Of a stretch of DNA of 34,171 nt, positions 18,834 to 28,162 are shown one piece after another. Within the stretch, counting starts at the first letter, position 1. Every line of letters starts with the position of its first letter. The stretch is from PVC group bacterium. GTDB taxonomy: Bacteria > Auribacterota > Erginobacteria > Erginobacterales > Erginobacteraceae. A program made the position numbers and the translations under genes. Location of the stretch: positions 1 to 34,171 of the forward strand of contig JAZDIV010000001.1 in the NCBI GenBank assembly GCA_043804695.1. The letters are read 5' to 3'. The notes beneath the pieces were generated by a model, which was not told the origin of the DNA, searched no databases, and was given only the letters and a program-made list of their open reading frames with translations.

Positions 18834-19026
18834 CAGTTATTGTCCCGATTCATTTATTCAAAAGTATTGTTATCCCGACGGATGTCGGGACGGATGTCGG
18901 GAAAATTCCGAAGAAGGAACTTACGCTACGCAACTTGGCTAAGGTGGCATTGATTAATCACTCCCTGATTTCTTGTCTTCCCTGATTAATTCTCCTTAGT
19001 GTCTTTGTGTCTTGGTGGCAATAACT

Positions 19027-20082
19027 ATGAAAATAGGCGTTGCGCTAAGCGGGGGGAAGGACAGCAGCCTGGCCGCCGCCCTGCTGCTCGGAGAGGGACA
19101 TCAGGTGACCGGGTTCCATCTCCTTCTTTGCCCGGACGAATACGCTCCCATCCCCCCCGAAAATCAGCTGGCCGCGGTCCGGCGGCTGTGCGGGATGCTG
19201 GGCATCGGATTGCGGGTGATCGACGCCCGGGCCGACTTCCGGCGGGAAATCATGGAGCCTTTCGTCGCGGCTTACCGGGCCGGGAAGACCCCCAACCCGT
19301 GCGTTCTCTGTAACCGTATCTTTAAATTCGGCAGGCTCTTCCAGGCCGCGCTTGAAGACGGCTGCGATCTGCTGGCCAGCGGCCATTACGCCCGCGTTAC
19401 CGGGGGCGAACGCCCGCAGTTGAAAAAGCCTCTCGATCCCCGAAAGGATGAATCCTACTTCCTCTTTGATCTGCCCCCCGGGCGGCTCTCCCGACTCTTC
19501 TTCCCGCTGGGAGAACTGGCACTCGAAGAGATCAGAAAAATCTCCCGGGAACTGCTTCCGGAGTTCATCCCCCTCCCGGTGACACAGGAGGCCTGCTTTC
19601 TCTCCCGCCCGGGCTTACGACGATTTCTCGAAGAGTACATCCCCCGGCCGGAAGAACCGGGAGAGATTATCGATCAGGCCGGGAAGGTGCTGGGGGGACA
19701 TCCGGGCTGCCATTATTACACCGTCGGTCAGCGGAGAGGCCTGAGCTCGGCTTCGGGACGGAAAGGACCGCTTTATGTTCTCCGGGTGATCCCGGATACG
19801 AATCAGGTGGTAGTGGGAGAAAAAGCCGACCTGCGTTCTTCCCGGCTGCGGGCGACCGGCCCCAACTGGCTCTCCATCCCCCCGCCCGCCGGGCCTCTGA
19901 CAGCGGTAACCAAGATCCGGTACACCCATCCGGGCGCGGAAGCGCTGATCACCCCCCAGCCGGACAACACCCTGGAGATCGAGTTCGCCGTCCCCCAGGA
20001 AGCCCCCGCCCCGGGACAGGCGGCGGTCTTCTACCGGGATAACACCCTGCTGGGCGGAGCCTGGATTGAAGAAGTGTTCTAG
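19027..20082 (+). CDS. mnmA: tRNA 2-thiouridine(34) synthase, divergent
   Basis: PP-loop SGGKDSS, GKTPNPCVLCNRIFKF, ASGHYAR, KDESYFL, YTVGQRRGL and PGQAAVFY. Confidence 0.9.
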   Translation: MKIGVALSGGKDSSLAAALLLGEGHQVTGFHLLLCPDEYAPIPPENQLAAVRRLCGMLGIGLRVIDARADFRREIMEPFVAAYRAGKTPNPCVLCNRIFKFGRLFQAALEDGCDLLASGHYARVTGGERPQLKKPLDPRKDESYFLFDLPPGRLSRLFFPLGELALEEIRKISRELLPEFIPLPVTQEACFLSRPGLRRFLEEYIPRPEEPGEIIDQAGKVLGGHPGCHYYTVGQRRGLSSASGRKGPLYVLRVIPDTNQVVVGEKADLRSSRLRATGPNWLSIPPPAGPLTAVTKIRYTHPGAEALITPQPDNTLEIEFAVPQEAPAPGQAAVFYRDNTLLGGAWIEEVF

Positions 20083-20117
20083 TTGATGAACGAGAGTTGA
20101 ACATCGGGCACGGTCGT

Positions 20118-20162
20118 TTGTGATTTGTGATTTTGATTATTGGGATTTGTTATTTGGAATTT
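20118..20162. repeat. T-rich 7-nt-period tract
   Basis: TTGTGAT TTGTGAT TTTGATT ATTGGGA TTTGTTA TTTGGAA TTT, similar to the right arm at 11922-11948. Confidence 0.7.
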
Positions 20163-20204
20163 ATCCAATGCCGGGAGTTGATATTTCTGATGGCATAGGA
20201 TTAA

Positions 20205-20633
20205 CTATGGTCTTGGGTAACGGCTTCTCCACGGTTGCCCGCCTTCATAGGCCCGCCAGTGGCCGTCGTGCCATCGCCTTCCTCCCCAGCAGGGATCGGC
20301 CCAGATATGCCCGGGGCGGCGGCCGGGGCGCCAGAAACCGTCCACCCAGATGACTCCGTTCCAGTACCCGGGTACCCAGGCCTGGCCAGCGGGCGAAGAT
20401 CCGGGCGCCGGGTTCCAGTGGCCCGGGATCCAGTTCCCGTCACCATCCTCCTTCCCCTCCACCCAGTAATAGCCCATTTTGAAGGGCGGTCGCCAGTAGC
20501 CCGGGACAACGGTCCCGTCGGACAGCGCGTGCGGCTCCACCCGGACATCGCCCGGATTCTGCTGCGCTCCGGCAAAAATCGCGCCGGAGAAGATCAGAAT
20601 CAAACCACAGATAAGGGAAGATAGTCTCTTCAT
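20205..20633 (-). CDS. Secreted YXWGXW/WXXGXW-repeat protein
   Basis: N-terminal signal peptide; repeats VPGYW, WVEGK, WIPGHW, WVPGYW, WVDGFW and WHDGHW; GGAGG RBS. Confidence 0.8.
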   Translation of the reverse strand: MKRLSSLICGLILIFSGAIFAGAQQNPGDVRVEPHALSDGTVVPGYWRPPFKMGYYWVEGKEDGDGNWIPGHWNPAPGSSPAGQAWVPGYWNGVIWVDGFWRPGRRPGHIWADPCWGGRRWHDGHWRAYEGGQPWRSRYPRP

Positions 20634-20858
20634 GCCCTGCCTCCAGGGTATATCGTTGTTACCGCTGTCACATTTTATCTCTTTGAAAATATAAGGTCAC
20701 CACCGACGCAAGGTCGGTGGGGGCTTTTCATTGAACTGACGTGATAGACATTTTTGTATTTTTTCGGGAATAAAAACGCCCGTTCATACGACTATTCAAT
20801 TGTACTATATCATATTTGAAACGGGGGAACACAGCAGATCGCGTATTTTCGTACCGGG

Positions 20859-20886
20859 TTGACAGGCTGTCGGTGTGCGTTATACT
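20859..20886 (+). promoter_or_regulatory. Sigma-70 promoter for cinA-thpR-recA
   Basis: TTGACA-N16-TATACT. Confidence 0.7.
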
Positions 20887-20931
20887 TGAGCCCGATTCAG
20901 CGGAATGCTGATGACTGAGGAGAGCCAGGGA

Positions 20932-21414
20932 ATGACTGCTGATGACAAAAAGCTGGTCCGGGAACTGAGCGCGGGGCTCCGCACCCGGAAATGGACGCTG
21001 GCGACGGCCGAGTCCTGCACGGGAGGATTGCTCGGCGACCGGATCACCGATCAGCCCGGAAGTTCGGTTTTTTTCCGGGGCGGCGTGATCGCTTATTCCA
21101 ACCGGCTCAAGGAAGAACTCCTCGGGGTGCGCGCCGACATTCTCCGGGAACAGGGCGCGGTCTCTCCCGGGACGGCCCGGGCCATGGCCCGGGCCGTGAG
21201 GACGTTACTGGGAGCGACGGTCGGGGTCGCGATCAGCGGAATCGCCGGACCGGGCGGGGGAAGTCCGGCAAAGCCGGTCGGGCTGGTTTACGTGGCGGTG
21301 GTCACTCCGAAAAAGGAAGAAGTGAAAAAGTACCATCTTTGCGGAACCCGGCGGCAAATAAAGCTCCAGGCGGCCGGGAAAGCCCTGGCTTTACTTCTCC
21401 GAAATGTACAATGA
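20932..21414 (+). CDS. cinA: CinA C-terminal domain protein / NMN deamidase PncC (alternative starts at 20905 and 20911)
   Basis: ATAESCTGGLL, PGSS, GAVS, ISGIAGPGGG and KPVGLVY; typical position upstream of thpR-recA. Confidence 0.9.
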   Translation: MTADDKKLVRELSAGLRTRKWTLATAESCTGGLLGDRITDQPGSSVFFRGGVIAYSNRLKEELLGVRADILREQGAVSPGTARAMARAVRTLLGATVGVAISGIAGPGGGSPAKPVGLVYVAVVTPKKEEVKKYHLCGTRRQIKLQAAGKALALLLRNVQ

Positions 21415-22025
21415 AGAAACTGCGTTTGTTTATCGCTGTTGAGCTGCCGGAGACCTGGCAGAAAAGGATCTCGCTTTCCATCCGGACGCTCGCCGGCCGG
21501 TATCCGGGTGTACGGTGGATACCGGCTGAAAATATCCATCTCACGCTGAAATTCCTGGGAGACACGGACCCCGGGCAGGTGACGGCTGTCCAGAGTTTTC
21601 TCGATGCGGCAGCCGGCCGGTATCTGCCGATAACTGCCCGGTCCGGCGGATTCGGGGTTTTTCCCAATCTAAAAAAGCCCCGTGTCATCTGGCTCGGCTT
21701 GCCGGCGGGGAAAAATGAATTGACCGCTCTGGTGGAGGCTCTGGACCGGGGACTGACAAACCTGGGGTTTGAACCGGAGAAAAGAGAATTCACTCCTCAT
21801 CTGACACTGGGGCGGGTGAAAAATGAAGTAAAAACACCGAACCTGGCTGAATCCCTTGCTGAAGAAAATAAGAAGGCACGTGAGCCTCTGGATTCACTTG
21901 GTCCGCTGAATATAAATATGATAGCATTGATGCAGTCCACTCTTACCCCCCGGGGAGCCATCTATCGGGTTCTTTCCCGGCATGCCGGTAAAGGATATGA
22001 TTTTGCCACGGGATTTTCAGCCTGA
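21411..22025 (+). CDS. thpR: RNA 2',3'-cyclic phosphodiesterase (2'-5' RNA ligase family)
   Basis: RLFIAV, two HxT motifs (NIHLTLKFLG, FTPHLTLGR) and PRVIW; ATGA overlap with cinA. Confidence 0.93.
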   Translation: MKKLRLFIAVELPETWQKRISLSIRTLAGRYPGVRWIPAENIHLTLKFLGDTDPGQVTAVQSFLDAAAGRYLPITARSGGFGVFPNLKKPRVIWLGLPAGKNELTALVEALDRGLTNLGFEPEKREFTPHLTLGRVKNEVKTPNLAESLAEENKKAREPLDSLGPLNINMIALMQSTLTPRGAIYRVLSRHAGKGYDFATGFSA

Positions 22026-22061
22026 GGCTGATCCCGAGTGTCATCGGGACAATAATTATTA

Positions 22062-22152
22062 GCCACCAAGGCACAAAGGCACCAAGAAAGAGGGAAAAGG
22101 GCAGAATATTCACCCTATTTGATTCTCCTTAGTGTCTTGGTGACTTAGTGGC
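22062..22152. repeat. Compact 9-nt-period CACCAAG foldback element upstream of recA
   Basis: GCCACCAAGGCACAAAGGCACCAAG ... CTTAGTGTCTTGGTGACTTAGTGGC. Confidence 0.85.
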
Positions 22153-22199
22153 AAAAGTTGCGAGCGCAGCGAGCTAATTTATATTATAAAGGAGGCATC

Positions 22200-23249
22200 A
22201 TGACCACAGACGCCAAAACTTCAAAAGACACCGTGTCAGTGGCGGCGGCGGGAAAAAAGAAAGCGCTCAGCCTGGCCCTGGAGCAGGTCGAGAAACAGTA
22301 CGGGAAAGGGACCATCATGCAGCTGGGGCAGCAGGCGGCCGACATCAAGATCGAGCATATCCCGACCGGCGCTCTGACTCTCGACATCGCCCTCGGGATC
22401 GGCGGCCTGCCCCGGGGGCGGGTGGTGGAGATTTACGGAGCGGAAGCTTCCGGCAAGACCACCCTCGCTCTGCAGGCGGTCGCCAATGTTCAGAAAGCGG
22501 GCGGGGTGGCGGCCTATATCGACGTCGAGCACGCCATCGATCCGGCCTACATGAAAATAATCGGGGTCAATTTGGACGAGCTGCTGATCTCGCAGCCCGA
22601 TTCCGGGGAAGCCGCGCTCAACATCACTGAAACGCTGGTCCGCAGCAACGCGGTCGACCTGATCGTGATCGACTCCGTGGCCGCCCTGGTCCCCCGGGCC
22701 GAGATCGAAGGGGAGATCGGCGACACCCACGTCGGACTGCAGGCCCGGATGATGTCCCAGGCCCTGCGCAAGCTGACCTCGGCGATCAGCAAGTCAAAAA
22801 CCTGCTGCATCTTCATCAACCAAATCCGGATGAAGATCGGTGTGATGTTCGGCAGCCCGGAGACCACGCCCGGAGGGAGGGCGCTGAAATTCTACGCGTC
22901 GGTCCGGATCAACATGAGAAGGACCGGCTACATCAAGGACAGCGCCGGGGAGGCGATCGGAAGCCGGACTCACGCCAAGATCGTCAAGAACAAGGTGGCG
23001 CCGCCGTTCCGGGAAGCGGAGTTCGACATCATGTACAACGAGGGAATCTCCTGGGCCGGGTCGATCATCGACCTCGGCCTCTCGACCGGGGTCATTGAAA
23101 AGAGGGGGACGTCTCTCTCGTATCAAGACACCAGCCTGGGGCGCGGCCGCGAACATGCCCGCGACCTCCTGAAAGAGGATAAAAAATTGGCCGACCGGAT
23201 CACCGCTGATATTAAAAAATTCTTGCTGGAAAAAGCGAAGACAAAGTAG
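22200..23249 (+). CDS. recA: Recombinase RecA
   Basis: [42 protein letters not shown] and [20 protein letters not shown]. Confidence 0.99.
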   Translation: MTTDAKTSKDTVSVAAAGKKKALSLALEQVEKQYGKGTIMQLGQQAADIKIEHIPTGALTLDIALGIGGLPRGRVVEIYGAEASGKTTLALQAVANVQKAGGVAAYIDVEHAIDPAYMKIIGVNLDELLISQPDSGEAALNITETLVRSNAVDLIVIDSVAALVPRAEIEGEIGDTHVGLQARMMSQALRKLTSAISKSKTCCIFINQIRMKIGVMFGSPETTPGGRALKFYASVRINMRRTGYIKDSAGEAIGSRTHAKIVKNKVAPPFREAEFDIMYNEGISWAGSIIDLGLSTGVIEKRGTSLSYQDTSLGRGREHARDLLKEDKKLADRITADIKKFLLEKAKTK

Positions 23250-23263
23250 CGGTCTCATTTATT

Positions 23264-23764
23264 ATGACAACAACCGCGGAACCGGCGGATGAACATGCGC
23301 GGGCGTGGGAGAGCGCCCTGCGGCTGCTCAACTATCGGGAACGGAGCCGAAAAGAGATTTTCGACAAGCTGGCCGGCAAGGGCTATTCCGCCGCGGCCAT
23401 CGGGACGGTCGTTGAAAGGCTGACCCGGCTGGACCTCCTCGATGACGAAAAGTTCGCCCGGCTCTGGGTCCGTTCCCGGGTCAGGTTCAGGCCCCGTGCC
23501 GCCTGGCTGATCGGCCGGGAACTGCGCGCGAAGGGGATTGAAGAAGGTCTGGCCCGCCGGGTGATGGATGAAGAGATGCCTCCCGATCGGGAGAGGGAAG
23601 CCGTCCGGGAGATGGCCAAGAAGAGGGCCCGGTATTACCGCGGCGAACCGCCGGACGCTGCCCGGCGGAAACTCTTTTTCTACCTGGCCCGCCGGGGCTT
23701 TGCATCCGATACGATCCGGGAATGCATCGACGACTTGGTCGGCGGGGATGAGCACGGGGAGTGA
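23264..23764 (+). CDS. recX: Regulatory protein RecX
   Basis: ALRLLNYRERS..EI..KL, LLDDEKFA, ELRAKGI and LARRGF; immediately downstream of recA. Confidence 0.93.
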   Translation: MTTTAEPADEHARAWESALRLLNYRERSRKEIFDKLAGKGYSAAAIGTVVERLTRLDLLDDEKFARLWVRSRVRFRPRAAWLIGRELRAKGIEEGLARRVMDEEMPPDREREAVREMAKKRARYYRGEPPDAARRKLFFYLARRGFASDTIRECIDDLVGGDEHGE

Positions 23765-23818
23765 CGCCTGAGAGATGAGAACAAACCGCCTTATAACCTC
23801 ACAATAATTAACAATTAA

Positions 23819-24119
23819 GGTTCTCTCCCATTTTGTGTGCGTAAGTGGCGATAATCTGGATAATATTTAAATGACGAACTCATAATGACGAAACCCGAAA
23901 GAATATTAAAATCCAAATGTCCAATGGCATCAGCATCACGGTTTTCTTCTTGCGGGCGATTGGCGAAGAAAGCTCAGAGGACCTTTTGATATTCAGATTA
24001 AGTCATTGATTCGTCATCCGCCTTCGCGAGAGCGCCGAAGCCGCTTCGGCGGAGGAGCTTCGACATTCGGATTTAGTCATTCCTAAACATAAGCAACTCA
24101 CACGAAACGAAAGATAGCC
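23819..24119. mobile_element. Candidate MITE-like element with imperfect terminal inverted repeats and TTAA on both flanks
   Basis: 23813-23842 and the reverse complement of 24096-24125 match 23/30 without gaps; contains an internal 7-mer foldback. Confidence 0.5.
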
Positions 24120-24131
24120 TTAATTTATAAT

Positions 24132-26783
24132 ATGAGATCCATTGAAATTCGACACGCGTTCCTCGATTTTTTCGCCGACCGCGGCCACGCGGTCCGGCCC
24201 GGCGACAGCCTGGTTCCCTCCGCGGACCCGACACTGATCTTCACCTCGGCGGGGATGGTGCCTTTTAAATCCCTCTGGACCAACGCCCCTCTTGAGTTCA
24301 CGCGGGCGGTCAGCGTCCAGAAGTGCCTCCGGGTGGGGGGAAAAGACAGTGACCTCGAAAACGTGGGGAGGACGCTGCGCCATCACAGCTTCTTCGAGAT
24401 GCTGGGCAACTTTTCCTTCGGCGACTACTTCAAGCAGGAGGCCATCGCCTGGGCCTGGGAGTTTGTCGTCGGGGTGATGAAGCTCCCGAAAGAACAGCTC
24501 TGGGTCTCCGTCTTCCGGGACGACGATGAAGCTTTCGACATCTGGCGGAAATTCATCGGGGTCCCGGCGGCCAAAATCGTCCGCCTGGGGGAGCAGGATA
24601 ACTTCTGGGGACCGGCCGGGCTGTCCGGCCCCTGCGGCCCCTGTTCGGAGATCTACTTTGACCGCGGAACGGAGTACGGCTGCGGTCGGGACGGGTGCCG
24701 CCCCGGCTGCGACTGCGAGCGCTATTTCGAGTTCTGGAACCTGGTCTTTCCCCAGTTCTATCAGGAAGAGTCGGGGGAGCGGCGGGAACTGGAGCGGCGC
24801 GGCATCGACACCGGGATGGGGCTGGAACGTCTGGCGCTTCTCTCCCAGGGCACCGTCAGCAACTACGACATCGACCTCTTCGCCCCCATCATCGCCGCGC
24901 TCCGGGAGTTCGCCCGCGGGCCGGACGACCGGCCGTCCCGCGAAGCCTATCACGTGATCGCCGATCACATCCGGGCCCTCACCTTCGTTCTCTCGGAAAA
25001 TGTCCTGCCGTCAAACGAGGGAAGGGGTTATGTTATGCGGCGGTTGCTCCGGCGAGCGGTCCGCTTCGGCCGCAAGCTGGGACTGACCGATCCCTTCCTC
25101 CACCGGCTGGTCCCGGCCGTGGTGGAGGCGATGAGAGATCCGTATCCGGAGCTTCTGGAAAGCCGGGAGCATGTCCGGAGGATCATTCTGGCCGAGGAAG
25201 AGCGGTTCGGAGATACCCTGACCCTCGGCCTGGAGAAACTGGATGAGATCGCCGGGTCCCTGAAAGGGGAGGGCGGGAAGATCATCCCCGGGGAAGAGGT
25301 ATTCAAACTGTCCGACACCTACGGCTTCCCTCCCGAGCTGACCGATGAAATCGCCCGGGAAAAAGGACTTTCGATCGACTGGCGGGCTTTCGATCAGGCC
25401 CTGGCAGAACAGCGGGAGCGCGGCCGGCTGGCCTGGAAAGGGCTGGCCGAGCGGGAAGTTCTCCCCGTTTACCATAAAATCCGGAAGAAATGCCTGCCGA
25501 CCGAATTCTGCGGCTACGGGCAGCTGACATCCCGGGCCCGCATCCTCGCCGTCATCCTCCAGGGTCGGTCAGTGGACAAAGCTCATACAGGGGAGGAGGT
25601 GGAGGTGGTCCTCGACCGGACGCCCTTCTATGCCGAGGCGGGCGGGCAGGCGGGGGATGCCGGGGTGATTCAAACCTCCGCCGGCGCGATGGAGGTCTCC
25701 GATACCATCAGTCCCCTGGAAGGGCTGATCATCCATCGGGGGCGGATCGTCGCGGGGGAAATCTCTCCGGGCGGGGAAGGGGGGGAGGGGGCCGAGGCCC
25801 TGGTCGATCAGGGCCGGCGGCGCCAGATCGAGAGGCATCACACCGCCACCCACCTCCTGCAGCACGCCCTGCGGGAGATGGTGGGCGATCACATCGGGCA
25901 GGCCGGATCTTTTGTCGGTCCGGATTACTTCCGGTTTGATTTCTCCCATTTCGAAACCGTCCGGCCGGAAGACCTGTCCCGGGTCGAAGCCCGGGTCAAC
26001 GAGATGGTCCGGCAGGACTGGCCGGTCAATATCTTCCATCTCTCTCTCGCGGCGGCGAAGAAACAGGGCGCCCTTGCCTTTTTCGGGGAGAAATACGGGG
26101 AGACCGTCCGGATGATCGAGGTGGGAGGATTAAGCCGCGAACTCTGCGGGGGGACCCACGTCCGGCGGACCGGCGAGATCGGGCTTTTCCTCCTGCTCAG
26201 CGAGAGTTCGGTTGCCTCCGGGGTCCGCCGGATCGAGGCGGTCTGCGGCGAGCGGGCCTCTCAGCGTTCATGGCAGACCCGCAACACCCTTCAGGCCGCG
26301 ACGGCCTATCTGAAGACCTCCCCGGAAGACCTCCTCAACCGTCTGGAAAAACTGACCGACCGGGTGAAAGCCCTGGAAACCGAGAATAAGAACCTTTTAA
26401 AGATACAGGTCTCCGGCAACCTGGCGCACCTGCTCAAAAGCGCCCGGGTGGTCTCGGGCGTGAAGCTGCTCTGTGCCCACCTCGGCGAGACGGAGATGGC
26501 CACCCTCCGCTCCGTCGCGGATGATCTCAAGGGCATGCTCGGCTCCGGAATCGCTGTTCTCGGGGGCGCTTCCGGCGGGAAGGTCTACCTGATCGCCGCC
26601 GTCACCCCCGACCTGGTAAAGAAGGGTTTTCATGCCGGGGAGATCGTCAAGCAGGCCGCCCGGCTGGTCGGCGGAAGCGGGGGGGGACGGGCCGACCTGG
26701 CCCAGGCGGGGGGTAAGGAGCCTGAAAAACTGAAGCAGGCTCTGGAGGCGATCCCGGGGATAATCGATAAAATGGAGGCTTAA
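24132..26783 (+). CDS. alaS: Alanine--tRNA ligase
   Basis: FTSAGMVPFK, HHSFFEMLGNFSFGDYFK, IDTGMGLERL, HHTATHLL, ELCGGTHV and GGSGGGR DHHA1 tail. Confidence 0.99.
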   Translation: MRSIEIRHAFLDFFADRGHAVRPGDSLVPSADPTLIFTSAGMVPFKSLWTNAPLEFTRAVSVQKCLRVGGKDSDLENVGRTLRHHSFFEMLGNFSFGDYFKQEAIAWAWEFVVGVMKLPKEQLWVSVFRDDDEAFDIWRKFIGVPAAKIVRLGEQDNFWGPAGLSGPCGPCSEIYFDRGTEYGCGRDGCRPGCDCERYFEFWNLVFPQFYQEESGERRELERRGIDTGMGLERLALLSQGTVSNYDIDLFAPIIAALREFARGPDDRPSREAYHVIADHIRALTFVLSENVLPSNEGRGYVMRRLLRRAVRFGRKLGLTDPFLHRLVPAVVEAMRDPYPELLESREHVRRIILAEEERFGDTLTLGLEKLDEIAGSLKGEGGKIIPGEEVFKLSDTYGFPPELTDEIAREKGLSIDWRAFDQALAEQRERGRLAWKGLAEREVLPVYHKIRKKCLPTEFCGYGQLTSRARILAVILQGRSVDKAHTGEEVEVVLDRTPFYAEAGGQAGDAGVIQTSAGAMEVSDTISPLEGLIIHRGRIVAGEISPGGEGGEGAEALVDQGRRRQIERHHTATHLLQHALREMVGDHIGQAGSFVGPDYFRFDFSHFETVRPEDLSRVEARVNEMVRQDWPVNIFHLSLAAAKKQGALAFFGEKYGETVRMIEVGGLSRELCGGTHVRRTGEIGLFLLLSESSVASGVRRIEAVCGERASQRSWQTRNTLQAATAYLKTSPEDLLNRLEKLTDRVKALETENKNLLKIQVSGNLAHLLKSARVVSGVKLLCAHLGETEMATLRSVADDLKGMLGSGIAVLGGASGGKVYLIAAVTPDLVKKGFHAGEIVKQAARLVGGSGGGRADLAQAGGKEPEKLKQALEAIPGIIDKMEA

Positions 26784-26821
26784 TTTGCCTGCCTGACTAT
26801 AATTTTCCGAAGGTAAATTAT

Positions 26822-27160
26822 ATGATTGACGACTACCGTTTCGGCCGGATGATAATTGACGGCAGGACCTACGCTTCGGATGTAATCATCTTTCCTGACC
26901 GGGTTCAGGGGTCATGGTGGAGGAAGAACGGACATTCGCTCTGCCGGGAGGATATCGAGGACGTTCTTCGAGCAAAGCCGGAGGTGCTGGTGGTCGGGAC
27001 CGGGGCCGGGGGGGTGATGAAGATCCCCCCCGCCGTCGCGGAGAGGATAAGGGCAGAGGGGATTGAACTGATCGCCCGGGAAACGGCGTCCGCCTGCCGG
27101 ACATACAATTCCCTCCTCGGGAAAAGGACGGTAATAGGCGCCTTTCACCTGACGTGTTAG
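26822..27160 (+). CDS. Mth938-like domain protein (DUF498)
   Basis: IDDYRFG..IIDG, PEVLVVGTG, ACRTYN and GAFHLTC. Confidence 0.88.
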   Translation: MIDDYRFGRMIIDGRTYASDVIIFPDRVQGSWWRKNGHSLCREDIEDVLRAKPEVLVVGTGAGGVMKIPPAVAERIRAEGIELIARETASACRTYNSLLGKRTVIGAFHLTC

Positions 27161-27197
27161 GACAATCACGCTCCCGGCGTGGTCAGGCGGCCGCGAA

Positions 27198-28142
27198 CTA
27201 TGTGTTCTTCCGGCGGATCACATAGAGAGGCCGGTTGACAACCTCGGCGTGGATACCGGCTATGTAGAGCGCGATCAGCCCCAGACAGGTAAGAACGACC
27301 CCCACCAGAAACGTAACGAAAACAGCCAGCATGACCGGCCCGGAAAAATTGAGCCTGAGGGGATCGTTAAGGACAAAGTCCTCAATAATGATGAACAGTC
27401 CCAGTAACCCGGAAAAGGCGGTGATAACAAGACCAAGGTAACCGGCGATTTTCAAGGGGAAGATGCTCAGGGCGACAAAACTGTTCATGGCCAGGCGAAG
27501 CAGTTTTAAAAATGTATAACTTGCCTGGCCGTGCCTGCGTTCACGGGCCTCGAAATATATATATTCGCGGCTGAAACCCAGCCAGTCAATCAGGGCCCGG
27601 GACATCCGGTTTCTCTCCGTGAGGTTGTTGAAAGCGTCGATCACGGCTTTATCCAGAAGCCGGAAATCGGTTGTGTCGGGGGTAATGGGAATCGCGGCGA
27701 TCCGATTGATAATTTTATAAAACAGTGCCGAGCCCATTCGCTTGATCAACTCTTCCTTGCGATATTTTTTTCTGATTCCGACAACCGTTTCCGCTCCTTT
27801 CTCCCACTTTTCTATGAACTCGGGGATAAGCTCAACCGGGTGCTGCAGGTCGGCGTCAAGCATGAGGCAGGCGTCGCCACGGCAGTTTTTAATACCGGCG
27901 GTGAGGGCGACTTCCTTGCCGAAATTCCGGGTTAGTTCGATATACTTTACCCGGCTGTCGGCCCCGGATATTTTCTCTATAACCCGGGCGCTGTCATCGG
28001 TACTGCCGTCATCAATAAAAATGATCTCGCAGTTATACTTATCCGATAGCCGATCGCTTATCCGGACAAGACTTTCATAGATGATCGGGATGTTCCCGGA
28101 TTCATTATGGACGGGTATAATGATGGAAATCAACTTTTTCAT
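27198..28142 (-). CDS. GT2 polyprenol-phosphate glycosyltransferase (GtrB/YkoT-like)
   Basis: SIIIPVHNE, IDDGSTD, RNFGKEVALTAG, DADLQHP, DFRLLD, two C-terminal TM helices and RPLYVI. Confidence 0.9.
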   Translation of the reverse strand: MKKLISIIIPVHNESGNIPIIYESLVRISDRLSDKYNCEIIFIDDGSTDDSARVIEKISGADSRVKYIELTRNFGKEVALTAGIKNCRGDACLMLDADLQHPVELIPEFIEKWEKGAETVVGIRKKYRKEELIKRMGSALFYKIINRIAAIPITPDTTDFRLLDKAVIDAFNNLTERNRMSRALIDWLGFSREYIYFEARERRHGQASYTFLKLLRLAMNSFVALSIFPLKIAGYLGLVITAFSGLLGLFIIIEDFVLNDPLRLNFSGPVMLAVFVTFLVGVVLTCLGLIALYIAGIHAEVVNRPLYVIRRKNT

Positions 28143-28162
28143 TACAATCAACAGAAAGTATA

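Larger units (their letters stand above)
18420..19019. repeat. 9-nt-period CAC(C/T)AAG foldback element enclosing about 550 bp of nested repeats
   Basis: Arms GCCACTAAGGCACGAAGACACTAA (18420-18443) and TTAGTGTCTTTGTGTCTTGGTGGC (18996-19019), 21/24 complementary; compact homolog at 22062-22152. Confidence 0.8.

Noticed and set aside
18734..18923. ATTGAAA motifs or the 31-nt repeats at 30734 as a CRISPR array
   Set aside because: No regular repeat-spacer periodicity, no unique spacers and no cas genes.
20991..22025. 344-aa extended thpR or a cinA-thpR fusion
   Set aside because: The upstream part is an alternate frame of cinA; the ATGA overlap at 21411 gives a normal ThpR start.
20780..22199. 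LexA box for the recA operon
   Set aside because: No convincing known SOS-box palindrome near the promoter or the recA start.
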